From NCBI RefSeq assembly GCF_006345805.1, contig NC_043001.1:60760001-60824000 (forward strand): a stretch of 64,000 nucleotides of DNA, written 5' to 3'. Positions 1 to 12,428 of the stretch are shown in pieces. The position numbers were made by a program, and so were the translations under genes. Each line of letters opens with the position of its first letter. Within the stretch, counting starts at the first letter, position 1. Origin of the DNA: Octopus sinensis. Its lineage: Eukaryota. The notes beneath the pieces are model-generated. The model had not been told where the DNA came from and searched no databases. It worked only from the letters and a program-made list of their open reading frames with translations.

Positions 1-278
1 TAAAAAAAAATTCATTTCTCTCGTGGAAGTACGTTCTGAGATTAGTAATATCTATATTGACACAGTGAATATAGAAATTACCGTGAATACATAGGACATG
101 TAATAAGGTAATTCCATAAAAAAAAAACATTTACTCGTCACTAAGTGTGCCAAATCAACTACATTGCTAGAAATGAGTGTTAACAACTCTTAATGTTGTA
201 GGAAGAGGGCAATATATATATATATATGATCGCTGCCCCCTCGTTATCGAGTATGGCGGTTGCACGAAGCTTAACTGT

Positions 279-344
<66 letters not shown>

Positions 345-345
345 T

Positions 346-550
346 CACTGACAGGGGAGGTAACCGACTACCTGTTTGTTAATTTTTAGTATAGGGATTA
401 GCATTTCTCTGAATATATATACTGCTAGACAGAATTAGGCAAACCATTAATCTGAGCAGTTACGTCTGACGATGTCTACAAAATAGGCAAAACCAAGTCT
501 AGTCTAGTGTTTCTAGAGATGATCATAGGGCGGTTACTTCCCTGTCAGTG
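346..550 (+). mobile_element. Short element with ~20 bp inverted ends beside (TA)n, containing a degenerate hammerhead-like motif
   Basis: cactgacaggggaggtaaccg (346-366) is the reverse complement of cggttacttccctgtcagtg (531-550). Inside: CTGACGA-tgtcta/taggca hairpin-AAAC-caa-GTC at 466-499, with G12 missing and no clear stem I. Confidence 0.5.
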
Positions 551-869
551 TATATGTATTGCACTCTCCTTACATCACTAAGATTGCTAAATCTTATTTC
601 TAACAATGCAGGTGCATCGACACACTTAGTCACGCTTATATTTTTCCCTTTAGAGAACTACATTGCGCCTAACTATCTGCTAGCTTCTAGTATATATATA
701 TATATATAATATATATATATATACAAAGTGGACGGTCAATATGCTAGATATAGACGTCAAAATCGCTATTTTCCACGAAGAAAGTGTTCTCAAGAAAAAA
801 CTCAGCACAAAACCAAAGTGTAAAAAATAAGTAAGACAAATGAAAATATACGAAATCAAACACGATTAC

Positions 870-944
870 CTATGTACCGATCAGTTTCACTTGTTAACAT
901 TCACGTATGTGCATACGCGAAAATCTGCAAGCTCATCAGCATAG
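870..944 (-). ncRNA. Type I hammerhead ribozyme
   Basis: Minus strand: ctatg CTGATGA gcttg...(inner hairpin)...caagt GAAA ctgatcgg TA catag. Stem I ctatg/catag, stem II gcttg/caagt, near-palindromic stem III, GUA cleavage triplet. Confidence 0.85.
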
Positions 945-1147
945 TCTGTCGTTTACAAACATAATTTCCAGAACTAGATACAAAAACGCTTGACCAGAGT
1001 CCAGCATACATAGAGTTCAACAAATTATATATATGTGTATTTTTCAAATGCCTTCACTTTGGCGCGCTGAGATTGAAAATCTACCCTGCAGTTAATAAAC
1101 TGCAGCAGGCAATTTACCGGTTAGAGAACATTTTTTTTATTATTTAA

Positions 1148-1370
1148 AATTGAATAAGAGTAGAAATTGATGTGAATCAATTAAAACCAGTGGCCTAGCA
1201 TGTTAGAAAATCCGAAGATTAAAATATCTTTTACATACAAATGACAGTCCACTTTTAGTGGTAAGACCTTCAAATTTTGTATGTAAAAAATATTTTAATC
1301 TTCGGATTTTTTTAATATGGTAGGCCACTGGTTTTAATTGATTAACATCAATTTCCACCCTTATTCAATT

Positions 1371-1371
<1 letters not shown>
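1148..1371. repeat. Fold-back (long imperfect inverted repeat, ~95 bp arms) ending in (TA)n
   Basis: aattgaataagagtagaaattgatg...catacaaa is mirrored by tttgtatg...catcaatttccacccttattcaatt. The arm end resembles the ends of the hammerhead units at 20.9 and 36.6 kb. Confidence 0.75.
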
Positions 1372-1401
<30 letters not shown>

Positions 1402-2735
1402 AGATCGTCACTGATAAGGAGAGTAGTGATTGCATAAGTGACCTTGAGTTAGTTTTGCTGTATGTCATTGTAAATCGTGTAAATTCTTCGGAGTAGTTTT
1501 TATATTATTTCTTATTTTTCAAGAGCAAAAGCACTAAATTCAAATACTGCTATCGTTAGCGGTTAACTGTAGCTTCGCAATTCAGAATTGTTTAAACCAA
1601 CGCAAGACTGCACGACAGAGCATATTAAATTTATTAAAACATTCACCTCTGCTCTTCATGCAGTATACACATACATCGCTGATTAGAAGCAAAGGATGTA
1701 TTGAAGTACACGTGAAAACTTAGACGTCTTCAAACAAAAATAAATGTTCGTACAAACGATCCGCGCAAACTCACATATATACACGTATAATTTATACTCC
1801 GTAACACAGAGGCATTGAGGAGAAAGAGGGAGAGAGAGAGGGGGAGAGTAGGGTAAGAGAAAGAAAGCAGATGATTATGAAGAAAAAGATGATGACAATA
1901 ATTAGGTGAGATGAGATGACTCTATTGGGATAGACGACGGGCAACTAATATGTAACTCACTGTAACAAGTATAGCAGTCAAGCATAATAAATAGTTAAGA
2001 ACAATATTTGATGAGAAAAGAGAAAGAGATAATTTAATGTGAAAAATATTGACTAGAAAGCCGAAATAACGGAAGTCAGTTAAACAATGATTAAGCTCAC
2101 GCTAGTAATTATAGAAATTTCGTAAAGCCAAGAAGTAGAACAATACAAATGCATTCGCGAGACATTTTGAAAGACTTTTTCTCAAGAATCAGCAATTAAA
2201 TATTATGATGGATTAATTCTTAAAAGTCTTCAAAAAGCATTTGAGTCATAATTATGTATTGGGAATCATCGAAAATATTTCAAAGAGCGTATTTATTTTT
2301 TTAATGAAAGTTAATTAAACACTTGGGGAGGCATTACATTACAAATATTTTAAAGAGCATTTTATACACTCAGTTTATAAACACCATTGTATATATAATA
2401 TATTGAAAATGGATTTTACGGGAATGAATAACTTAATTCTATTCTCATAAGTCCTATTAAGCTCATAACCTGTTATGATAATAAAGATATTTAATTCATA
2501 GTAATCTAAACATAAACACACGCACAGATATATGTACATATGGTGTGTATATGTGTGTTCTTGTGTGTCTTTGTATATGTCTTTGTTTGTTTGTGTGTGT
2601 GCGCCTTTGTGTAGGTGTACGTGTGTGATTGATAGGTACATATTAATCTACATAGAACAGTTTTCGTTTAGCTGGGCGTTACACCTGGCAGAGTAGGAAA
2701 TCAACAACAAATGGTAGATGCAGCGGATGACCTCA

Positions 2736-2752
2736 TACTACTACTACTACTG

Positions 2753-2801
<49 letters not shown>

Positions 2802-2931
2802 CACTGCTGCTGCTGCTGCTACTACTACAACTACTAATACTGCTACTACTACTACTACTACTGCTACTGCTACTTCTACTACTACAACAACTGCTGCTGC
2901 TGCTACTATTACTACTAATACTACTACTACC
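2736..2931. repeat. (ACT/GCT)n trinucleotide microsatellite
   Basis: Direct reading; explains the poly-Leu and poly-Val ORFs in the track. Confidence 0.95.
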
Positions 2932-4730
2932 ATTAGTTCAGGTATTGAAAAACTAAGAATGCACAATAATTCAATTGTTAGCCGATGTTATGATTTTGTG
3001 TCGAAGAAATTTTAAGGAACACAAATAATGAACCTCAATAATACATCATTTTGCAATGAGACATTTATATATTGCGTTTTCTATTCCACTCTTTTACTGG
3101 TGTACACTCTAGAGTATTACATACACAATTACTGAATACCCTGACAAGTTGCCTGCAAATTTTGTAATTACTTACCCACCTACCTACCTACCTACCTACC
3201 TACCTAACTATCTATCTATCCGCCTGTCTGTCTGACTGTTTATCTATCCGTCTGTCTTTCTGTCTATTTGTCAGTCTATCCGTCCATCTACCTATCTTTC
3301 CGTCCGTATGTATGTATATACGCATGCATGCATGCACGTACGTATGCTTGTACGTACGAATGTCTCTTTGTATTTGTCAATATCTATATACCTATTTCTT
3401 TATTACCCACAATATCTATATACTAGAATGAAACGCGCGGGAGCAAAATCTCAGAAAGTTCTTTCGTATTGAACTTGGAAAAGCAGTAATTCAGTCTGGA
3501 AAAGAACAGGAGAAGAATGAAAATATTGCCGCCGGAGTCAGAATTTTAAAGCTACAATAGTAATAAATGCCGATTTTTATTTCTTATTTTTACATAAAAT
3601 TTAGATTAAAAATACTCAAGAAGCTATTTATTTTCAATTCTAGTGAAAAGACTAATTGCCTGCAAGTTTACACATTGAAAATTTGTTATTACAAATTTAT
3701 ATATGTAAAAAAAATCTGACAATAAGCAAAAGTGACAATAATAACCCTAACTCCTTTCTAAAAAGAAATGGAGATTAGTTTTTACATTTTGCACTCAGTT
3801 TCTTTATTAGCTTTCTATAAATTACTTTGTTGTCTGTTGATGCAAGCTTTAAAGGAATTAATTCGTTTGTTTCTTTAAAAACAAATTTTGTTTTGCTCTT
3901 TTTTCGTTTTAGATTATACATATTCTATATGATTTTAGCTTTATAACACAATACGTATGATATAAAATTTTTGGATAATGAATTTCGTTAAAAAAATCAA
4001 ATTAAAAAAATACTATAATTGTACAAATAAGGCAGAAATGATTAGGCTTAATACAAAAAAATTAATCAAAAATATTAACTTAAATTTTTTTTAATGCAAT
4101 AATCATCAACGAATATAAAAACAAAACACCGCACACTGTTATTGAACAATTTCAGAAAACTATTTAATAAATTCTCACTTCAGCAGTAATATTTTAAATT
4201 TTTTTCTCTTGTCCTTTACTTTCCAGGCTTAATTACTTGCTTGTTTTGTTCTTTTCCAGGTTAAATGCTTAAGAATATTTTAGAAATCTGCGCCCGCATT
4301 TTTTATTCTCGTTCACTTTTTTCCAGGTAATGATTCTATTACTATAATTTTTATGCATAATTTTTTAGATAGATTTTCTCCAAAATATTGGTCTTGATGA
4401 ACTCACTCATTTGAATTCAAATAATAACTTTTTTATCTTAAGAGGACAAAAGTATTTTTATTTCTTAAAATAATCACACTTTTTTTAGGCACTTCAAGCC
4501 AAACAATTCTTTATGTAGCTAATATCTTTTTAGAAGGTTTTTACCATAAGATTTTTCTCATAGAGTTCTTTCATCCAAACAAAATCTAGAATGCAGAATA
4601 AAACTACTTAGAGCATCTAACCCACTACTTATCAAAGTCTGGTTAAATATACATGTATGTATGTATGTATATATATATATATATGTATATGTATATATAT
4701 ATATACATATATATGTATATATATATATAT

Positions 4731-4762
<32 letters not shown>

Positions 4763-5455
4763 GTGTGTGTGTGTGTGTGTATATATATATATGTACGTAT
4801 GTATATATACGAGTTAAGCAAAAAATTTAGATTCACATGAATAATATATTCTAAAACCTATAATATGCCCCTTAATAAATAAATAATTAATATATAGTTA
4901 GCATATCCTACAACATCAATATTCCTTTAGCTAATACCAGGTATCAGTCTTTTTTGATACAAGCTAAGTAAGTAAATAAACAATTTTTCGTTTGAAATAC
5001 ATAAATTATTATACATTTTCTATAAATCTTCTCTATTGATGTTAATAATGTATAAATACTTTATCATGGTTTTTAGTGATTAAGCTATTTTATTCATTTT
5101 CTATGGTGTTCTACCCTACCTGATCATTTTATTATTTATAATAGCCTTTATTTATGAACCAAATCTATTTTGTACCCCTATAAATTCATACTTAGCTTAT
5201 ATAGAACAATATCGTTATCCTCACAACTTTTGATATACAAAGATTTGATAAACAAGACTATAAATTAAACTTGACCCCAAAATAAAATGACTAGCTAGAT
5301 CTCAAACAAGTCTTTCTTTCTGATACCTTAGTAGATTCTACGCTGAAGTGAAGACAGCATGTTCTTTGTCTATCTCCTTACTCTCTTGGAGGTATTAGGT
5401 AAAATTATTCTAATGTGTCCATCTGCTTTATTTTAATTTAATTCTATGTCTTGAT

Positions 5456-5539
5456 GCAGCTGAGAAATGCTCTGCATTTAAATTGATGTAATGTTTGCAT
5501 TGTTCAATTAAAGGGAGTTGCTTGAAACGATCGTACTGC
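5456..5539 (+). ncRNA. Type I hammerhead ribozyme, decayed core (same family as 13.2 and 24.4 kb)
   Basis: gcag CTGAGAA ...long stem II... GAAA cgatcg TA ctgc, followed by ggatatccttgttgcttatttt, which is shared with the 13.2 and 24.4 kb copies. Confidence 0.65.
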
Positions 5540-6508
5540 TGGATATCCTTGTTGCTTATTTTGATAATTTAAAACCAAAACACCTGGCAGTTAACTATGG
5601 CTTGAGACATGCATACACACACAGACACACAGACACACACACACATATATAATAATGCGCACTACTCTCTCGCGCGCGCGAGCGCTCTCTCTCTCTCTCT
5701 CTCTCTCTCAGATTATTTCCTACAGTCAGCAATGAATTACTCTACCTGTTCAGCTATATTCTTTCTACCTTATTTTCTTATTTAATTATTTAATAATCTA
5801 GTAATTATAATCCTTCCAGTGAAATTTCACACCAAATTGAAAATATTTTCCACCAATATCAATATTTCCTATATATCTTTCAATAATAATTTTAATGCTT
5901 TTAAGTTTTCAAATCATATATTGATTTTGATATTTATTACAGTAATAACAATTGTATTTATTATGTAACCTATTATTTTCCGGTGAGCTTTTAATTTCAT
6001 ACTTAACAAGAATTAACTCAGAAACATTATAGTCCTCACTATACAGCTTCTTTGCTAGGTATAGGCAGCTGAGCAAGTTTTGATGAAATCAATGTTATAC
6101 ATTCCATTACTATTATTATTATTATTATTATTATGAGCGGCATTCAGAAAATGTAATTTATGTGATTGAATTAATATGATAAAAATACAAATTAAATTAC
6201 ACGTGTGGCTTCTATTCTGAATCCAAATAATTTCTTTACAATGTTGTCATAATACCTGGAAACAAGTTACAGATACACTAATTCACTTAATGAAATATCC
6301 TTGCCTCTGACTAATAAATAAACTCACATTATACAATTAAACTGTGTGAAATAAATTAAACTTTTATACTATTTCATGAAGCACAAATATCCTTGTATAT
6401 GGGGTTATATTGAAAATCATAGCCTTTACAAACGGTGAGCTTCTAATTGTTACAAAATAAGGGATATTTCTTCACAGTTACAATTCAACTCACACAGATT
6501 TGTTTTTA

Positions 6509-7761
6509 TTAGGTTGTTCCGAAAATAATGGCCAATTTCAGAAACAATTTTATTCTGGAAAAATTAACAATAGAAATGTTTTGATTAGTCTGGGCCGTGA
6601 ACATCTATGCATCTCTGCCATCGATCAACGAGATCCTTAATGCTTCGTTGATAAAAAGTTTTCACTTTGATGCTGAAAAATCTTTCAAAGCGGATTCCAC
6701 CTCTGGTTTGGACCTGAAAGTTTTATCACTTTGAAAACGTATTTAAATGCTTAAAAACAGTAGACAGTGGGTGAAATATCAGGAGTATATGGAAGATGTG
6801 GTAAAGTCTCGTATCCCAAATCTGTGAGTTTCTGTAGCGTCATTCTTGCAGCATGTGGCTTTGCATTATCGTGGAACAGAATTCGGCCATTACCCATTCA
6901 CCAATGCAGGTCTCATTTTTTGCATGCAAATGTACATGTATTTCACCGCGTTGATTAATGTAAACCTCTGCCGTAAAGCTCTGATTACTTTCCAGAAAGC
7001 TGTAATGGACAACACCAATCGCAGACCAGCAGACAGTCACCATAATTTTTTGATTCAGCAACTTTGGCTTCGGGAAATGTTTGGAGGACTTATCACGATC
7101 AAGCCGTTGACATGATCGTTTTACTGTTATCATAAAGGATCCACTTCTCATTATAAGTGACTATTCGGTCAAGAAAAGGATCATTGATGTGTCGTAAAGA
7201 GCATCGAACACACTTCAAAACACCTAACAATTTGATTTTCATTGTGCTCATGCGGTACCCATTTATCGAGCTTTTTCATCTTACCAATCTTCTGCAGATT
7301 GCGTGAGATCTTTGCAATACCAACACCTAGTGCTTGAGACGTTTCTCTGACACTTTCACTTTGGTTTTGTTCAATAATTGTTTTCAATTCTCAATTGCCA
7401 AGATTGCAGGACTGTCCTATAGCTTCTTCATCTTCAAGGCTCTCATCACCACTGCAGAATTTCTGAAACCACCCTCGTACTGTGCAATCACTTGTGGTCC
7501 CCTCTACCCATGCTCTGTTGATATTGACAGCAGTTTGGGAGGCATTGTGCCCAAGCTTGAATTCATGTAAGAAAAGTAAGCGAAGGTTTTTCTTGTCATG
7601 TTCATAATTACGGGCATCTATGCTTCAAGCATGATTTGTGTCTGAAATATTAGAAAATTATTAAAGAGAATACATCAATTATGTATGTCGAAATTCACCT
7701 AAAATATAATTAATATACTATGATAAAATTATATTTTGCCATTATTTTCGGAACAACCTAA
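6509..7761 (-). mobile_element. Full-length mariner transposon, transposase broken by stops and frameshifts
   Basis: Perfect terminal inverted repeats ttaggttgttccgaaaataatggc, TA target duplications on both sides, ~1.25 kb. Minus-strand peptides include KWVPHE, MVTVCWSAIGVVHYSFL and a YSPDISP motif. Confidence 0.95.
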
Positions 7762-8546
7762 TAGTTCAAACATACTTAGGAAACGAAGTAACTAAACTCA
7801 TGAGTTACCACCAAAATAAATATTCAACTCTCTATCTGGAGCTTAGAACTGGCTTTGACCGCTAGATTTTTGATTGACCAATGTTACATGAAACCTGAAA
7901 TAAGATACAGCTGAATCAACACATTTCTCTTACCTTTGGTCTCCGATCATTGACGGAGTAATGATTATTGCAGACAACATATTTCTTCAGGTATAAAATT
8001 CTGCGGAACGTGACTTGTCAATTACATCGACTCCCGTGCTTAATTGGTTCTTATTTCGAAGGTCTCGAAATAATAAAAAGCACTGTCCACTTTGGCACAG
8101 AGATCACGTTATAATAATTCATCAACACAGTTAGCCTACTAATTATATACTAATTACTAATTATATTACGTTCCAGAACATCACGGTCTTTCTTTTTTCT
8201 ATGGTTCTACTTTATCTTACAGTGATATGGTTTGGTATTTACGTTTGACTGTACATTTGTGGAGCCATAGTCGAAGTTATCTTTAGGTTAAATATGTAGA
8301 TAATCTCTCAAAATTTTGTTATCGCCACAAACAAGTTCATATAAACACTCGGTACACACAATGTCACTGCAGAGGGGAAAGGTTTAGACTAGCAGGTACG
8401 GGAATATCAAATTGCCCCTCGTATTCTATTAGGATGAAAGGAGATTTAAGATCATGAGCTTCCGGAAAATCAGTGGTGCTTTTGCACGACATGAACGTGC
8501 TTGAAGCTACATCCTATACAGCTGTGACCATTTAATTTTATAACCT

Positions 8547-8910
8547 ACTAGCAGTATCGCCCGGCGTTGCTCGGGTTTGTAAGGGAAATAACTATATACA
8601 CATTTTTAGAGAGTTATAACCCAAAAATAGCAAAACAAAATGCATTAAAAATGGAAAAAAAATGACATTTTTAGAGAGTTACTTCCCTTATATAATACCG
8701 AAAAAATGCATTAAAATGGAAAAAAGTGATGGTAAATTATTTTTAAAATCGTAGACTCATCGTAGACGTGCGCTAATACCCAGAAGGGCTCGATATGAAT
8801 CACGACTATAAGATACCCGGTTTTGGTTACACTGTACCGCAAAATGTGGGAGTAGTTAGGAATCTAAATCGTAGGAGACAGACACACAACTTGACTTTTA
8901 TATATAAAGA
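8547..8910 (+). mobile_element. Helentron/HINE (DINE-1-like) non-autonomous element
   Basis: Starts actagcagtatcgcccggcgttgctcggg (subterminal hairpin), has an internal tandem duplication, and ends gacagacacacaacttgacttttatatata. Family call is by resemblance. Confidence 0.6.
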
Positions 8911-9383
8911 TATCTCCTTGTTTAGAAAATACAATGCATCATTTTATATGTGACATTGGCAGGAAATAAGAAAACACGAATTATGAATATAAATAATAAT
9001 AAAAAGTTTAGAATTAGATGATTTTTAACAACTATGCTAAATATATAGTACGTGACCTATCCAATAGGTCTTCCAGCTCTAAGACCATCGATAAAATTAC
9101 TAGTTCTTGTTAACTAGAATCAAATATCTTACGCTTAAAACCTGAGATATATATTAATTCAAGAGGTGCAAAGTGTTTTAAGTTCATTAATTAAAACATA
9201 TATTGAGTTTTATCGACAAGGTGGTTAACTTAGTATAATAATCATTATAACTTCCAGCTGAATAAATATTAACTTATAAACTGTTATTCACAATAATGTC
9301 AATGTGTGTGTCTGTCTATGTGTGTTTATGTGCGTGTGTGTGTTTATGTGCATGTGTGTGTGGATATACATATATTCATATAA

Positions 9384-9757
9384 CTCGAAACTGAGCCAGT
9401 CTCGCGATCCTTTTAGCTGGTAGAGGGTGGAGGAGTTTCGCTCCCCCACTCAACAATATATTGTATATAAAGGCTGCAGTGTGTTGCACCAATAAGCAGC
9501 TGGTGGAGCATCTGCCAGGGGTAAAATTAGTAGTAACATTCAACTGCCACTTTGATATGGCGACTGGCTTTATTATTTAATATATATTACCACTGTATCT
9601 CTTCTTCAGACTTTAAAAGTAGTTACCTTGCTTCTTTCAAATCAGTGATAAATGGTCACTTTGTTTACAATATATTGTTAGCAGTAGTACATTCTGGATA
9701 TCTCCCTGGCACGCATGTCCTCGCGACTGAAGAGGAGTCAAATAGCTCGAAACTGAG
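9384..9757 (+). mobile_element. 362 bp retrozyme-like monomer with a hammerhead split across its two ends
   Basis: 12 bp terminal direct repeat ctcgaaactgag (9384-9395 and 9746-9757). The left end carries GAAA ctg-agc-cag TC tcgcga; the right end carries tcgcga CTGAAGA g-gagt-caaata-gctc GAAA ctgag. Confidence 0.8.
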
Positions 9758-9960
9758 TAGTATATATATATATATATATATATATATCAGTCGCCACGAT
9801 CAATCGCGCAAAATCCACAAGTTTTTTTTTATATTCCCTCTGTTTATTTCTACGTGTTCGTTTCTGTTTGATACCCCAGCATCAAACTAAAACAACCCGC
9901 TTGCTGTCTATACACCTGTCATCATCTTTTGCTTTTCAGTAAATTTCAACTATATATATA

Positions 9961-9999
<39 letters not shown>

Positions 10000-10004
<5 letters not shown>

Positions 10005-10200
10005 GTCATGATAGATCGCTAACCACTACACATATTTTTTCTCTCCTTGTTTCTCTCCTCGTTTCTTTCTGTGTTCCTTTCTGTGGAAGGGCGTAGGCTC
10101 GAAGCGTTAAAGAATTTTTCAATTCCCGAACGCTATACTAAAACATCTGTTTGTTTTCTACACCGCCTGTCTTTGTCTTTTGATTTTTGTGAATTCTCCC
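10000..10200 (+). repeat. Short (TA)n-embedded repeat family with a hairpin-GAAAC motif (relatives near 22230-22330, 25915-26025, 30835-30885, 36327-36530, 39357-39560)
   Basis: Shared layout: CT-rich tract, gaagagc-nnn-gctcgaaacgtt, cctgagcg/cccgaacg, then gtttgttttc. Always next to TA runs. Confidence 0.6.
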
Positions 10201-10204
10201 TAGA

Positions 10205-10550
10205 TACAGTGGGGGGGGGGAATAAATATTCGTGCATGTCAAAATTCTTTATTTATTTAATTTCTAATGAAAATAAATGGGATATATAAACTAAGAATAT
10301 GCAAAAGAAACCAATAAATTATAGTAACTAATGAATTTATATACAATTATAAATATTTAGGGGTGAAAAAAGTATTTGTACAGAATAAATTTATGATGTT
10401 CTATGCCACAAAATACTGCTAAAATGTTCCCATAATCTCATCAGTTGTCATTTTTAAGTGTCAAAACGCTAGCTTCTTCATTCAGCACTGAGACAACATG
10501 AAGTAGTATCGTTATAATGGCGAAAAGGAAAGAACTCACAAATTCAGGTA
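10205..10550 (+). mobile_element. Tc1-like left end fragment
   Basis: TA-CAGTGGGG...aataaatattcgt terminus, and a transposase start MAKRKEL at ~10517. Confidence 0.5.
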
Positions 10551-10825
10551 ATCTTATATAGGTGTGATCTTTCGTTATTTTTCCCGCTATACCTGTGTGA
10601 GTTATTTTTGAGTATGCATTGTCTGGGAGATTTTTCTTACAGTAGAAGAAATGGCTAAAATTTTTGGCTGCTATTTCTAAAAAGTTCGGTGTGTGGTAAA
10701 GTAAATTATTTTACTGAACCCTATTTTTATAATATATATTAATATATATATATACCGGAGTAAACACATAAATGTGAAACAAGGTGGAAAAATGAGTACT
10801 CAAATACCAGGTGTAGAGTAATATG

Positions 10826-10983
10826 CTTTATTTAAAAGCAGCAGAAATTCAACAAAACCTGTTACTCTGAGTCTCACGTTCCTGTTCGTCGGACAGTTTT
10901 TGTTAACGAAAACTGTCCGACGAACGGGAACGTGAAACTCAGAGTAACATGTTTTGTTGAATTTCTGCTGCTTTTAAATAAAG
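10826..10983. repeat. Near-perfect 158 bp palindrome carrying a hammerhead-like motif on each strand
   Basis: Centre gttaac (10902-10907). Right arm 10913-10950: ctgt CCGACGA acg-ggaa-cgt GAAA ctc-a-gag TA acat. The left arm gives the same motif on the minus strand with stem I ctgt/acag. Confidence 0.85.
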
Positions 10984-10999
10984 TATATATATATATATG

Positions 11000-11059
<60 letters not shown>

Positions 11060-11114
11060 ATATGTATGTATATTTATATATATATATATATATATATATT
11101 AATATATATATATG

Positions 11115-11202
<88 letters not shown>

Positions 11203-11798
11203 ATGCGTGCGTGTATGTGTGTGTGCGCGCGTGTGTGAGCCCACTCGCTTTTATGCATGTGTGTATGTTACTAAATCTTATACATGTTATCAAATTTTTG
11301 TAAATTTGGTGGAATTTTACATCAGATGGCTAAGCATTCATATTTTCATAATCTGTCTGGAGCCAAAAAGCTGTCGTAAACACACATCGCCATGTTATCT
11401 GATACACAGCTACTCCTCCACCAACAAAATATTCACAACTATATTTTCCTGCCTATCAGATTCTCATTATTGTATCGGCATGTCATTTGTCCGAAATTTC
11501 TCATTTTTCTGTGAAGTGCCCCAGAGTGAAAACTGTTTTAAATGTAATGTAAAAATATTTAATATACCTAAATGAAATACATATCAATTATTTTTATTTG
11601 TGCCTTAATTCATCTAAAAGAATTATAATAATAGTTGTAGAAATTTTGTTCATTTTCATACTTTAAATATTTTTGTGTAAATGTATGTGCGTGTGAGTTT
11701 GTGATTATGTTTGTGTGTGTGTGTGTGGTATGTGCCAGTTGCGCACGTGATTGATCGAGTATGTAATTTTGCTTTTTTTTGATACATAAACAAATTAA

Positions 11799-12428
11799 GG
11801 CGGCGAGCTGGCAGACACGTTAGTACACCGAGCGAAATGCGTTTCCTTATTTCGTCTGCCGTTACGTTCTGAGTTCAAATTCCCCCGAGGTCGACTTTGC
11901 CTTTCACCCTTTCGGGGTCGATAAATGAAGTACCAGTTACGCACTGGGGTCAATGTAATCAACTTAATCCGCTTGTCTGTCCTTGTTTGTCCCCTCTGTG
12001 TTTAGCCCCTTGTGGGTAGTAAAGAAATAGAAATAGGCATTTCATCTGCAGTTACCTTCTGAGTTCAAATTCCGCCGAGGTCCACTTTGCCGTTCATCCT
12101 TTCGGGCTCGATTAAATAAGTACCAGTTACACACTGGGGGTCGATCCAATCGACTTAATACGTTTGTCTGTCCTTGTTTGTTCTCTCTGTGTTTAGCGCC
12201 CCTTGTGGGTAGTAAAGAAATAAGTATTTCGTCTGCCGCTACGTTCTGAGTTCAAATTGCGCTGAGGTCGACTTTGCCTTTCAGCCTTTCGGGGTCGATT
12301 AAATAAGTACCACTCTGGCTTTAATCCTTTCAAGGTCAATAAACTATGTACCAGTTGCTTACTGGAATCGATCTAATCGACTGGCCCCCTCTCTTAAAGT
12401 TTCGGGCCTTGTGGCTAGAGTAGAAAAG
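11799..12428 (+). mobile_element. Composite tRNA-derived SINE (three tandem bodies) with a 17 bp target-site duplication
   Basis: B-box-like gagttcaaattcc occurs three times with a repeated body (gtcgactttgcctttca...aagtaccagtt). Flanks gatacataaacaaatta (11781-11797) and gatatataaacaaatta (12429-12445). Confidence 0.85.

Noticed and set aside
11799-11890. tRNA gene
   Set aside because: A B-box is present but there is no cloverleaf; it is the head of a repeated SINE.
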